A stretch of 52,904 nucleotides of DNA, from positions 1-52,904 of IMG/VR virus record IMGVR_UViG_3300025585_000055. One strand, written 5' to 3'. Position numbers and translations under genes: made by a program. The stretch comes from a virus (Duplodnaviria > Caudoviricetes). Position 1 is the first letter of the stretch; every line of letters begins with the position of its first letter. Under the pieces are notes generated by a model. The model was not told where the DNA came from. It searched no databases and worked only from the letters and a program-made list of their open reading frames with translations. This document shows, in pieces, positions 5,654 to 15,233 of the stretch.

Positions 5654-7226
5654 CGTGCGCAGCCTCGACGGCTTGATCGTGGCAAAAGAGCCCGTGCAGT
5701 TCAGCGAAGAAGAGCTGGACTTCCTGCTGGAGAACATTGAGCACTTGGATAACGAAGAGGCCGAGGAGCTGCTGCAGATTACGCAGGTGCTGGAAGAGCG
5801 TGAGTTTGCCCGCAAGTGCCGAGACGATCTGATCGAGTTTTGCAAAGCGATGCAGGAAGGGTACAAGGTCGGTGCACACCACCGGCGTCTCGCCTCTCTT
5901 CTTATGGACTGCGAGAGTGGAGAAAAAGACCGTGTGACGGTGTCGATTGCACCAAGACACGGGAAGAGTCAGATGACGTCCATCTTCTTTGCGGCGTGGT
6001 TCTTGGGCCGTAACCCCAACAAGCAGGTGATGCTGGTGTCTCACACAGCCGATTTGGCTGTGGATTTCGGTCGAAAGGTGCGTAACCTGTTTGATACCCC
6101 CGAGTACCAGAAAATCTTCCCCGGAGTGAGTCTTGCAGTGGACTCAAAGAGCGCCGGCCGCTGGAACACTAATAAAGGAGGCGTGTTCTACGCCACCGGT
6201 GTGGGCTCATCACTGGCCGGGCGAGGTGCTGATCTGCTGATTGTCGACGACCCGCACTCAGAACAAGACATGCTGGCGGGCAACTTCGACTCGCTGGAGA
6301 CGGCGTACAAGTGGTTCTTGATCGGTGCCCGCACTCGTCTGATGCCCGGTGGACGCGTGGTGGTGGTCGCCACCCGCTGGCACAAGTCGGACCTGATAGG
6401 AAAGCTGATCACCGACATGTCAAAGGATGAGGGGGTAGACCAGTACGAAGTTGTGGAGTTTCCCGCCATCCTCAACGAGAACACCGACAAGGAGAAGGCG
6501 CTGTGGCCTGAGTTCTTCGACCTTGAGGCGCTGCGCCGCACCCGCTCGACAATGCCGGCGTACCAGTGGAACGCCCAGTACCAGCAGAACCCGACCGGGG
6601 ACACAAGCTCTATCTGTAAGCGGGAGTGGTGGCGCACATGGCCTGAAGAAGAACCCCCACAGTGCGAGTACCTGATCCAGTGCATCGACGCCGCGGCAGA
6701 ACTCAACAACCGCTCAGACTACACCTCGATCACTACGTGGGGCGTGTTCCTGAACGAAGAGACCGGGCTGCACAACATCATCCTGCTCAACTCAGTGCGT
6801 GCCCGCATGGAGTTCCACCAGCTGAAAGAGCGGGTGCTTGAAGAGTATACTTACTGGGAGCCTGACAGCTGCCTCGTCGAGAAGAAGTCCAGCGGAACGG
6901 CGCTGTATCAAGAACTTCGCCGCATGGGCGTGCCGGTGGGAGAGTACACCCCCCACCGCGGGACTATAAACAACCCGAACAACAAGTACATGCGCCTGAA
7001 CGCAGTGACTGACATGATCAGAGAAGGGCTGGTCTGGGTGCCTCAGACGCGCTGGGCGGAGCAGTTGGTTGAAGAAGTGGCAGAGTTCCCGTATGGTGAC
7101 CACGACGACACCGTGGACACCACGATCATGGCGTTGACAAGATTCAGGCAGGGCGGGTTTGTGCAGCTGTCCACCGACCATAAAGACGAGCCGAGAATGT
7201 TCCGGCGCAGAAACGGATATTATTGA
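5610..7226 (+). CDS. terL: Terminase large subunit
   Basis: Walker A APRHGKS, Walker B LLIVDD, ATRWH coupling motif, nuclease DHDDTVD. True start probably GTG 5655 or 5679. Confidence 0.95.
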   Translation: MKRCRSWGLKTTSSNVRSLDGLIVAKEPVQFSEEELDFLLENIEHLDNEEAEELLQITQVLEEREFARKCRDDLIEFCKAMQEGYKVGAHHRRLASLLMDCESGEKDRVTVSIAPRHGKSQMTSIFFAAWFLGRNPNKQVMLVSHTADLAVDFGRKVRNLFDTPEYQKIFPGVSLAVDSKSAGRWNTNKGGVFYATGVGSSLAGRGADLLIVDDPHSEQDMLAGNFDSLETAYKWFLIGARTRLMPGGRVVVVATRWHKSDLIGKLITDMSKDEGVDQYEVVEFPAILNENTDKEKALWPEFFDLEALRRTRSTMPAYQWNAQYQQNPTGDTSSICKREWWRTWPEEEPPQCEYLIQCIDAAAELNNRSDYTSITTWGVFLNEETGLHNIILLNSVRARMEFHQLKERVLEEYTYWEPDSCLVEKKSSGTALYQELRRMGVPVGEYTPHRGTINNPNNKYMRLNAVTDMIREGLVWVPQTRWAEQLVEEVAEFPYGDHDDTVDTTIMALTRFRQGGFVQLSTDHKDEPRMFRRRNGYY

Positions 7227-7237
7227 GGGCCAAGAAA

Positions 7238-9652
7238 ATGGCGATTGAACGCAGCTTGTATGAAATGCCGCAGGGCTTGCCGGAGCAAGAGCTTGAGATT
7301 GAGCTTGAGCTTGATTCGCCAGCGGTGGGCCTCGTTGAGCTGGACGACGGTGGAGTCGAGATTACGTTTGGCGAAGTTGAAGAAGACGTTGAGATGGCTC
7401 CGTTTGACGCAAACCTCGCCGAATACCTCGACGACAGCACACTGCTGACCCTCGCCAACGACTTGGTTGGTTATGTGCAGGCAGACATCAACAGCCGAAA
7501 GGACTGGGCGGATACATTCGTCAAGGGTCTTGAGGTGCTGGGCTTCAAGTACGACGAGCGCACTGATCCGTGGGAAGGCGCGTGTGGTGTGTACTCAACC
7601 GTGCTGGCAGAAGCGGCGATACGATTCCAAGCCGAAGCCATGAGTGAGACATTCCCGGCCGCAGGCCCGGTCAGAACCAAGATCATCGGGGAAGTTACGC
7701 GGGAGAAAGAAGACGCCGCACTGCGTGTCCAAGTGGACATGAACTACGAGCTGACCGATGTGATGATCGAGTACCGCCCAGAGCATGAAAGGATGCTCTA
7801 CACCCTCGGTTTGGCGGGCTCTGCGTTCAAGAAAGTGTATTTTGACCCCAACATCGGACGGCAGGTAGCGATTTTCATACCGCCGGAAGACGTCATCGTG
7901 CCGTACGGTGCCTCAAATATCGAGAGCGCCGAGCGAGTAACGCACGTAATGCGTAAAACCAAGAACGAAATGGTGAAGCTGCAGGCCGCGGGCTTCTACG
8001 CAAACGTCTCACTGGGCGATCCAGTGCCGTACCACACCGACATCGAGGAGAAAAAAGCCGAAGAAGGTGGATATTCTCTGACAGATGACGACAGATATAC
8101 CATTTATGAGATACACGCAGAGCTCGTTATCGACGGAATTGACGCCGAAGACGACGATTCTCCTCAAATTGCCAAGCCTTACGTCGTCACTATCGAGCGC
8201 GGCAACAATAAAGTGCTCTCGATCCGTCGAAATTGGAACCCAGACGACCCTCTGATGCTGAAAAGGCAGCATTTTGTGCACTACGTGTACGTCCCGGGCT
8301 TCGGATTCTATGGTTTGGGCCTGATTCACATCATTGGTGGCTATGCCAAGGCCGGAACTTCGCTGATTCGTCAGCTGGTGGACGCCGGCACGCTGTCAAA
8401 CCTGCCGGGTGGCCTGAAAACTCGTGGTTTGCGCATAAAAGGGGACGATACGCCGATTCCTCCGGGCGAATTCCGCGATGTAGACGTCCCGAGCGGGTCA
8501 ATCCGCGACAATATCATGCCTCTGCCCTACAAAGAGCCGAGCCAGACACTGCTCGCGCTGCTGAACCGGATCACCGAGGAAGGTCGACGTCTGGGGGCGA
8601 TCTCCGACATGAACATCTCCGACATGAGCGCTAATGCGCCAGTCGGAACGACGCTTGCGCTGCTTGAACGCACGTTGAAACCCATGGCTGCAGTGCAGTC
8701 ACGCGTGCACTACGCGATGAAGCAGGAGTTCAAGCTGCTCAAGGCGATCATTGCCGAGTACGCTCCGGACGAATACACATACCTGCCGGACCGAGGGGAG
8801 CCCCGGGCAAAGCGCACCGACTACGAAGTGGTCGACGTCATCCCGGTGAGCGACCCGAACTCCAGCACAATGGCCCAGCGCGTGGTGCAGTACCAAGCGG
8901 TACTGCAGATGTCCCAGACAGCGCCCCAGATTTACGACCTGCCGCAGCTGCATCGCCAGATGATCGAGGTGTTGGGGATCAAGAACGCGGACAAGCTCAT
9001 ACCGACAAAGGACGACATCAAGCCTACGGACCCCGTGAGCGAGAACATGAACGCGCTGGTGGGCAAGCCGATCAAGGCGTTTATCCACCAAGACCACGAC
9101 GCGCACATCGCCACGCACCAGTCATTCATGCAAGACCCGCAGATTGCCGCGTTTATCGGGCAGAACCCCGCCGCCCAGCAGATCATGGGCGCACTGATGG
9201 CGCACATTGCGGAACACATCGCGTTTGCGTACCGACAGCAGGTGGAGAACGCACTGGGAGCGCCGCTGCCGGCACCCAACGCCGAGCTGCCTGAAGAGCT
9301 GGAAGTGAAGTTGGCGAGCATGATTGCGGAAGCTGCGCAGCAGAACACACAGCAGAAACAGGCGCAGGCTGCTCAGCAGGCCGCCGCCCAACAGGCCCAA
9401 GACCCGATCATGCAGATGCAGATGCAAGAACTGCAGATCAAAGTTGCAGAACAGCAGCGCAAAGCCCAGAAAGACCAAGCGGATACTCAGCTTGCCGCGG
9501 CAAGACTGACGCTGGATGCCCAGAAAGCACAGGCCACCTCGACTCTGGAAGCCGCTCGTATCGCAGCAATGACAGACCAAGCTAACGCCAGTCAGGACTT
9601 GGCCGAGGCAAAGGCAATCATGGACCTTACGAAACAAGATAAGAGGGAGTGA
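7238..9652 (+). CDS. Portal protein with Q/A-rich C-terminal coiled-coil extension
   Basis: Follows terL, about 800 aa; GSAFKKVYFD and FYGLGL motifs typical of P22-like portals. Confidence 0.85.
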   Translation: MAIERSLYEMPQGLPEQELEIELELDSPAVGLVELDDGGVEITFGEVEEDVEMAPFDANLAEYLDDSTLLTLANDLVGYVQADINSRKDWADTFVKGLEVLGFKYDERTDPWEGACGVYSTVLAEAAIRFQAEAMSETFPAAGPVRTKIIGEVTREKEDAALRVQVDMNYELTDVMIEYRPEHERMLYTLGLAGSAFKKVYFDPNIGRQVAIFIPPEDVIVPYGASNIESAERVTHVMRKTKNEMVKLQAAGFYANVSLGDPVPYHTDIEEKKAEEGGYSLTDDDRYTIYEIHAELVIDGIDAEDDDSPQIAKPYVVTIERGNNKVLSIRRNWNPDDPLMLKRQHFVHYVYVPGFGFYGLGLIHIIGGYAKAGTSLIRQLVDAGTLSNLPGGLKTRGLRIKGDDTPIPPGEFRDVDVPSGSIRDNIMPLPYKEPSQTLLALLNRITEEGRRLGAISDMNISDMSANAPVGTTLALLERTLKPMAAVQSRVHYAMKQEFKLLKAIIAEYAPDEYTYLPDRGEPRAKRTDYEVVDVIPVSDPNSSTMAQRVVQYQAVLQMSQTAPQIYDLPQLHRQMIEVLGIKNADKLIPTKDDIKPTDPVSENMNALVGKPIKAFIHQDHDAHIATHQSFMQDPQIAAFIGQNPAAQQIMGALMAHIAEHIAFAYRQQVENALGAPLPAPNAELPEELEVKLASMIAEAAQQNTQQKQAQAAQQAAAQQAQDPIMQMQMQELQIKVAEQQRKAQKDQADTQLAAARLTLDAQKAQATSTLEAARIAAMTDQANASQDLAEAKAIMDLTKQDKRE

Positions 9653-9852
9653 TCGTGGCAAAAACCGTCTTTGACGTGCTGGAAGAAAAACTTCTCTTGG
9701 CTCAGCGAGACCAAGAAGCGTTTGTAATGTCTGGAGGGGCAAAAACCTTCGAGGCATACAGAGAAGCGTGCGGGATGATTCGAGGTCTAACCCGTGCCAG
9801 ACAGGAAGTACAAGACCTTGCGAAAAACTTTATGGACCAAGAAGATGACTGA
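9649..9852 (+). CDS. Small hypothetical protein (67 aa)
   Basis: Translationally coupled between the portal and the GroES-like gene. Confidence 0.7.
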   Translation: MIVAKTVFDVLEEKLLLAQRDQEAFVMSGGAKTFEAYREACGMIRGLTRARQEVQDLAKNFMDQEDD

Positions 9853-10267
9853 AAAAACCGCAGCGATGAAAGAGTTGGAACTGCAGCGACGCAAGAAGAT
9901 AGAGCAAGAGGAGAAAGAAAAAGCCGCCCTTGAGGCAGCGATCCCCAAACCCACCGGGTACCACGTTCTCATTGCACTACCGAACGTCGAAGAGACTTTC
10001 GGCGAGTCGATGCTGTTGAAAGCGGAAAAGACGGTGCGCGAGGAGTACATCCTTTCTACCATCGGGCTGGTTCTCGACATGGGGGATCAAGCCTACAAAG
10101 ACAAAGAGCGGTTCTCTGAAGGCCCGTGGTGTAAGCCGGGGGACTACGTGATGTTCCGAGCCAATACGGGGACGAGATTCAAGATTGGTACGCAGGAGTA
10201 CCGGTTGATGAACGACGACTCCATCCAAGCAATTGTGCCAAACCCGAGAGCCATCTCTCGTGCATGA
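9845..10267 (+). CDS. groES: GroES/Cpn10-like co-chaperonin
   Basis: PKPTGYHVLI, GLVLDMG, KPGDYVMF and EYRLMNDDSIQAIV follow the GroES pattern. Start set to ATG 9845. Confidence 0.8.
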   Translation: MTEKTAAMKELELQRRKKIEQEEKEKAALEAAIPKPTGYHVLIALPNVEETFGESMLLKAEKTVREEYILSTIGLVLDMGDQAYKDKERFSEGPWCKPGDYVMFRANTGTRFKIGTQEYRLMNDDSIQAIVPNPRAISRA

Positions 10268-10277
10268 GGAATAAACC

Positions 10278-11327
10278 ATGGCGATGCAACAAGTTGAGTT
10301 TGAGTTTCCGGACCCCGATAAGAAAGCCGCGGCGGTTGTGGAGATAGAACAAGAGGAAGAAGACCTGCGGATCGAGGTAGAAGATGCCGTCGGTAGAGAA
10401 ACCATTGGTAAGAAGAAAAAGACACTGAAGGTGGATGATGTCGAGATCGAGGTTGTTGACGACACGCCGCCGGCTGATCGAAACAAAAAACCCTCCGCTC
10501 CGCCGGATGAAGTAACCGACGAAGAGCTGGAAAACTACTCCGACAAGGTCAAGAAGCGCCTGCAGCACTTCAGCAAGGGCTACCACGACGAGCGCCGTGC
10601 CAAAGAACAGGCTCTGCGTGAGCGCGAAGAACTTGAGCGGTACGCCAAAACTCTTATTGAAGAGAACCAGAAGCTCAAAGGTTCAGTGGATAAGGGCCAC
10701 AACGCGCTGTTGGAGTCCGCCAAAAAGCAGGTTCAGATCGAGCTGCAGGCCGCCAAGCAGAAGTACAAGGAAGCGTACGAGGCGGGTGATACGGACGCCA
10801 TCATCGCGGCACAAGAGGGCTTGAACAACGCGCAGATTCGCTTGGACAAGGTGAATAACCTGAAACCACGAGCGGATCAACAGGATACGGAGACTTTACA
10901 ATCTCAACCTGTTAATGTACAACAGCAAAAAGCACCTACTCAGCCCGCCCAACCTCCGCGGGATTTGAAGGCAGAGGCTTGGAGAAACGACAATCCGTGG
11001 TTTGGCAGTGACGACGAGATGACTGCGGCGGCACTTGGCTACCATAGCAAACTGGTTAAAGAGGGTGTAAACCCTCAGTCAGACGAATACTACGAGAAAG
11101 TAAATTCTCGTATGCGACAGTTGTTCCCAGAGAACTTCGATGAAGATGTTGATGATGCACCGGAGCCCAAGAAAGTAAAGAAAGCGTCAACTGTGGTGGC
11201 ACCCGCTACGCGGAGCACTGGCCCTATCAAGGTCAAATTAAGCGAAACACAGATTGCGCTTGCTAAACGAATGGGAGTATCCCTTGCAGACTACGCCAAA
11301 CAGGTTGCGCTATTGAGGAGATCATAA
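10278..11327 (+). CDS. Putative capsid scaffolding protein
   Basis: Acidic N-terminus, long coiled coil, NPWFG motif; located upstream of the capsid genes. Confidence 0.7.
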   Translation: MAMQQVEFEFPDPDKKAAAVVEIEQEEEDLRIEVEDAVGRETIGKKKKTLKVDDVEIEVVDDTPPADRNKKPSAPPDEVTDEELENYSDKVKKRLQHFSKGYHDERRAKEQALREREELERYAKTLIEENQKLKGSVDKGHNALLESAKKQVQIELQAAKQKYKEAYEAGDTDAIIAAQEGLNNAQIRLDKVNNLKPRADQQDTETLQSQPVNVQQQKAPTQPAQPPRDLKAEAWRNDNPWFGSDDEMTAAALGYHSKLVKEGVNPQSDEYYEKVNSRMRQLFPENFDEDVDDAPEPKKVKKASTVVAPATRSTGPIKVKLSETQIALAKRMGVSLADYAKQVALLRRS

Positions 11328-11773
11328 TGGCCGATAACAGACTAGACCGAGAACTGGAAAAACGCGAGCGCACCCCGCGCAAGCAAGCATGGCGCCGCCC
11401 AGAAGTGCTGCCCACTCCGAATCCGGAGCCCGGGTATTCGTTTCATTGGGTCCGCGTAAGTACCAGAGGCCAAGCTGATGCGATCAATGTATCTTCTAAG
11501 CTACGTGAAGGTTGGGAACCCGTGCGCGCAGTAGACCACCCTGAGATTTTCCTGAGCAGCATCGAAAACGAGCGGTTCAAGGACAATATCGTGATTGGTG
11601 GCTTGCTGCTGTGTAAAGCGCCAACTGAGCTGGTCAAGGAACGTAATGACTATTACGCCCACCAGAACCGCTCACAGATGGTCGCTGTGGACAACAACCT
11701 TATGCGAGAAAACGACCCGAGGATGCCTCTCTTCAACGAGAGAAAGACCACGGTTACTTTTGGTAAAGGTTAA
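11327..11773 (+). CDS. Conserved head-module hypothetical protein (148 aa)
   Basis: GAGGAG RBS; coupled to the scaffold gene. Confidence 0.75.
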   Translation: MADNRLDRELEKRERTPRKQAWRRPEVLPTPNPEPGYSFHWVRVSTRGQADAINVSSKLREGWEPVRAVDHPEIFLSSIENERFKDNIVIGGLLLCKAPTELVKERNDYYAHQNRSQMVAVDNNLMRENDPRMPLFNERKTTVTFGKG

Positions 11774-11787
11774 TTTAGGAGTTAATC

Positions 11788-12399
11788 ATGGCTACAACTG
11801 CCGCACCGTACGGGCTTCGTCCCGTTAAGCGCGTAGATGGGATGCCCTACGCAGGGGCCTACTCTACGTTCCTGATTGACCCGGCTGGCTACAACACCAA
11901 CATCTTCTACGGAAGCGTGGTGTACATCAATGCCAACGGGTACGTCAACATTGTCACCGGTACCGGTGCTGATGCAACTACCAACGACTGGCCGACTGGT
12001 TCCACTAGCGCGACAGGTGCTCTCGGCGTATTCGTCGGCTGCAGCTACATCAACGCTCAGGGCCAGCTGATTTTCAGCCAGTACTACCCCTCCGGCACCA
12101 CCGGTGTGGTACAAGCGTTTGTCGTGGATGACCCCATGGTTCTGTTCGCAGCCCAGCTCGATGGTACTGCTACACAGGCCGCCATTGGCGCCAACACGTT
12201 CTTCGCTGCAGCACAAAGCACTTCTACCGGCAGCACTCGTACAGGCAATTCAACCAGTGCGCTTGACGCAACGGTTGTCACTGTGCCCGCTGCGCTGCGT
12301 ATTGTGGCCTTCGTGTCCCCCGTGTCAGATGCGTTCCCGGACGTTCTGGTTAAAATCAACCCCGGTTTCCACAGCATGTCTGTGAACACTGGCATTTAA
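11788..12399 (+). CDS. Putative head decoration/cement protein
   Basis: APYGLRPV start, beta-rich, immediately before the major capsid gene; strong RBS. Confidence 0.6.
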   Translation: MATTAAPYGLRPVKRVDGMPYAGAYSTFLIDPAGYNTNIFYGSVVYINANGYVNIVTGTGADATTNDWPTGSTSATGALGVFVGCSYINAQGQLIFSQYYPSGTTGVVQAFVVDDPMVLFAAQLDGTATQAAIGANTFFAAAQSTSTGSTRTGNSTSALDATVVTVPAALRIVAFVSPVSDAFPDVLVKINPGFHSMSVNTGI

Positions 12400-12412
12400 G
12401 GAGTAGGCGAAC

Positions 12413-13327
12413 ATGGCTATTTCACGCGCCCAGCTACTGAAAGAACTCCTGCCGGGGCTTAACGCTCTGTTTGGCATGGAATACGCTCGCTACGGCGAGG
12501 AGCACGCGGAGATTTTCGAGACCGAAAGCTCTGAGCGTTCCTTCGAAGAAGAAACCAAGCTGTCTGGCTTTGGTGCCGCCCCGGTTAAAAACGAAGGCGC
12601 TGCCATTGCGTACGACAACGCACAAGAAGCGTTCACCGCACGCTACACTCACGAAACCATTGCAATGGGCTTCTCCATCACTGAAGAAGCTGTGGAAGAC
12701 AACCTGTATGACAGTCTGTCTACCCGCTACACCAAAGCACTGGCTCGTGCCATGGCGTACACCAAGCAGGTCAAGGCCGCTGCCGTTTTGAACAATGCGT
12801 TCGCCGGCTCTGGTGTGACTTACGGTGACGGTAAAACTCTGTGCGCCACTGACCACCCGCTGGTCTCCGGTGGCACCAACAGCAACACTCCGGCAACTCC
12901 TGCTGACCTGAACGAGACTTCTCTTGAAGCCGCCATCATTCAGATCGCCGCATGGACTGACGAACGTGGCCTGCTGATTGCCGCTAAGGCCCGTAAGCTG
13001 GTTGTGCCTCCGTCGCTGCAGTTCGTAGCAACTCGTTTGCTCGAAACTGAACTGCGCCCGGCAACCGCGGACAACGACATCAACGCTATGCGCTCCATGG
13101 GTAGTATCCCCGGCGGTCACACCGTCAACAACTACCTGACGGACAACAACGCATGGTTCCTGATGACTGACGTTCCGAACGGCCTGAAGCACTTCGTCCG
13201 CACCCCGATGCAGACATCCATGGACGCCGATTTTGACACTGGCAACGCCCGTTACAAGGCACGCGAGCGTTACAGCTTTGGTGTTTCTGACCCGCTTGGT
13301 ATCTTCGGCTCGCCCGGCGCTGCCTAA
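12413..13327 (+). CDS. Major capsid protein (HK97 fold, Mu gpT-like)
   Basis: 304 aa, MAISRAQLLKELLPGLNALFG start, LVVPPSL motif, TAAGGAG RBS, biased codons, followed by a terminator. Confidence 0.9.
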   Translation: MAISRAQLLKELLPGLNALFGMEYARYGEEHAEIFETESSERSFEEETKLSGFGAAPVKNEGAAIAYDNAQEAFTARYTHETIAMGFSITEEAVEDNLYDSLSTRYTKALARAMAYTKQVKAAAVLNNAFAGSGVTYGDGKTLCATDHPLVSGGTNSNTPATPADLNETSLEAAIIQIAAWTDERGLLIAAKARKLVVPPSLQFVATRLLETELRPATADNDINAMRSMGSIPGGHTVNNYLTDNNAWFLMTDVPNGLKHFVRTPMQTSMDADFDTGNARYKARERYSFGVSDPLGIFGSPGAA

Positions 13328-13330
13328 GCA

Positions 13331-13343
13331 AATCAACGACTTA
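13331..13343 (+). promoter_or_regulatory. IHF-consensus site AATCAACGACTTA
   Basis: Exact match to WATCAANNNNTTR, about 45 bp upstream of a -35 element. Confidence 0.45.
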
Positions 13344-13353
13344 CGTCGTTACG

Positions 13354-13383
13354 AAAGGGCCCTTCGGGGCCCTTTTTGTTTTT
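13354..13383 (+). terminator. Rho-independent terminator AAAGGGCCC-TTCG-GGGCCCTTTTTGTTTTT
   Basis: GC stem, UUCG loop and U tract after the capsid stop. Confidence 0.9.
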
Positions 13384-13386
13384 GCG

Positions 13387-13415
13387 TTGACACCATACTG
13401 CGCACCTGCTACAAA
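13387..13415 (+). promoter_or_regulatory. Putative sigma70 promoter TTGACA-N17-TACAAA (extended -10 TG)
   Basis: Perfect -35 immediately after the terminator, with a 17 bp spacer. Confidence 0.55.
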
Positions 13416-13421
13416 GAGGCA

Positions 13422-13500
13422 TCCCCGGACACATTACGCGCTGCAGACCGACCGGGCGGACGACATGCAGACTGAAGCGCACTACTCGCATGTGAGGATT
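13422..13500 (+). ncRNA. Candidate structured cis-regulatory RNA leader
   Basis: Four complementary segment pairs, two in pseudoknot topology; the last abuts the GAGGA RBS of 13506. Confidence 0.5.
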
Positions 13501-13505
13501 TTAAA

Positions 13506-14225
13506 ATGGCTGGCACTCATTATTCAGGCCCGTTACTCTATTCTGGCGCAAACACAAACCCCTACTTTGCCGGTATGGGCGAGATGCCCATCGGCATCAA
13601 CCTCGCCGTTTTTACTGTGGCTGACGACTTTACCAGCGTAGCTATCGACAGCACCAATGACTGGACTGTCGTGAAAGACTCCGGTGCTTCTGTTGCTATC
13701 GTGGCTGACACTGTTGGTGGCGAGGTTGCTCTGACATCTGCCGCAACAACTGACGATGACGGCGCCTCAATCCAAGGCAATGAAGTGTTCTCTGTTGACG
13801 CAAACAGCAGCGTTTTCTTCTCCACCCGCATCAAGTGCAACGACGCTGACCAGACCGACATCTGTGTGGGCCTGACTGTAAACTTCGCTACCAACCCGGA
13901 AGCCATGCTGACTGCAGCTGACCGCATCGTGTTTCAGGTAGACGATGGCAACGCCTCTATCCTGTGCAAAACAGAGAAGGATGGCACTGAGACTTCCACA
14001 GACTCCGGCGTTGATCTGGCCGATAACACCTACGTGGTTCTGTCTTTCCGTGTCGATGGTACTGGCAGTGTGACTTTCTACGTCAACGGCAAAGTGGTTG
14101 CTCAGCACACCACCAACATCCCTGACGATGAGAACCTGACCGTAGCAGCCATGAGCCTTTCAGGCTCCGCTTCTGGCACCCGCGCTACAACCCTCGACTA
14201 CATCATGGCGGCGCAAACTCGCTAA
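13506..14225 (+). CDS. Putative virion protein, beta-sandwich/lectin-like (239 aa)
   Basis: Beta-rich; VTFYVNG resembles ConA/LamG strands; located after the capsid gene. Confidence 0.6.
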   Translation: MAGTHYSGPLLYSGANTNPYFAGMGEMPIGINLAVFTVADDFTSVAIDSTNDWTVVKDSGASVAIVADTVGGEVALTSAATTDDDGASIQGNEVFSVDANSSVFFSTRIKCNDADQTDICVGLTVNFATNPEAMLTAADRIVFQVDDGNASILCKTEKDGTETSTDSGVDLADNTYVVLSFRVDGTGSVTFYVNGKVVAQHTTNIPDDENLTVAAMSLSGSASGTRATTLDYIMAAQTR

Positions 14226-14235
14226 GGGGTGACCT

Positions 14236-14376
14236 ATGACTGAGGTCAAAACTGAAAAACCCAAGAAGTCGACCAAAAAGGTCACGCAAGAGCAGCAAGC
14301 TGCACCGGTGGAGCTCCCGCCGGTTGGCTCTGCAGCTCGAAAAGCAATGGTTATGCAAGGTCTGATTAAGGAGTAA
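14236..14376 (+). CDS. Small basic hypothetical protein (46 aa)
   Basis: Translated by hand; AAGGGGT RBS; fills the gap. Confidence 0.6.
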   Translation: MTEVKTEKPKKSTKKVTQEQQAAPVELPPVGSAARKAMVMQGLIKE

Positions 14377-14379
14377 GTC

Positions 14380-14973
14380 ATGCAATATGATATTTGGGCT
14401 ATAAACCCGGCTCCGGATGACGACATTCTGCGCGCAAACGCTTCGATTGCTGGGGCTGGTGCGCTGACGTTGCTTACTACGAGCGTGTCTCCTTACGGCA
14501 CCGGCTACAAGCTGGCGATTACGTCTGCTGGGAATGACAGCGGCATTACGTTTACCGTCGTCGGGATCAAAGTGGGCGATTTGACTGGGGCCAATACCAC
14601 GGAAGTGGTGACAGGCGCCAACGCCGGGGCGGCCACAACAACCAATTACTACACCTCGGTGTCCAGCATTACCGCAAGTGGTGCTTCAGCGGGCAACGTA
14701 AAGATTGGTTCAAGTGGTTCGCTCGCGCTTCCGCGTACGCGCATCAAGAGTTTCTACTTTGTGGGCGCTGCTAACGCTGGCTCTGTGAGTTTCAACCTTA
14801 ACAGCCCCACTGGTGCGACACTGCTTAAGATCGACACCCCAGCTGGCTCCGGGGCTTTCTCGGACAGCGTTACTATTCCGGGAGAGGGTATCCTGACAAC
14901 TCGCAACAATCGAACTGATTTTGCGGTGGTGACACTAACTGAAGTGACTAATGTGACGGTGTTCTGTGGCTAA
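14380..14973 (+). CDS. Putative virion structural protein (197 aa)
   Basis: TAAGGAG RBS; T/G/A/S-rich beta composition. Confidence 0.7.
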   Translation: MQYDIWAINPAPDDDILRANASIAGAGALTLLTTSVSPYGTGYKLAITSAGNDSGITFTVVGIKVGDLTGANTTEVVTGANAGAATTTNYYTSVSSITASGASAGNVKIGSSGSLALPRTRIKSFYFVGAANAGSVSFNLNSPTGATLLKIDTPAGSGAFSDSVTIPGEGILTTRNNRTDFAVVTLTEVTNVTVFCG

Positions 14974-15226
14974 ATCACCAGCTTGGACTCGCAAAGAAGG
15001 TAAAGACCCAAAAGGCGGACTCAACGCAAAGGGGCGGGCGTCTGCAAAGGCGCAAGGCATGAACCTGAAGCCACCCGCGCCCAACCCGAAGAATGACAAG
15101 GACGCGGCCCGCCGCAAATCGTTCTGCGCACGCATGAAGGGTATGAAAGCCAAGAACACCAGCTCTAAAACGGCCAACGACCCGAACAGCCGCATAAACA
15201 AGAGCCTGCGGGCTTGGAACTGCTGA
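14966..15226 (+). CDS. Small highly basic protein (RRKSFCARM...SLRAWNC, 86 aa)
   Basis: GTG start overlapping the upstream gene; K/R-rich. Confidence 0.75.
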   Translation: MAKSPAWTRKEGKDPKGGLNAKGRASAKAQGMNLKPPAPNPKNDKDAARRKSFCARMKGMKAKNTSSKTANDPNSRINKSLRAWNC

Positions 15227-15233
15227 GGTAGTC

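Noticed and set aside
12434-13336. 300-aa ORF antisense to the major capsid gene
   Set aside because: Expected shadow of strongly biased codon usage; no recognisable motifs.
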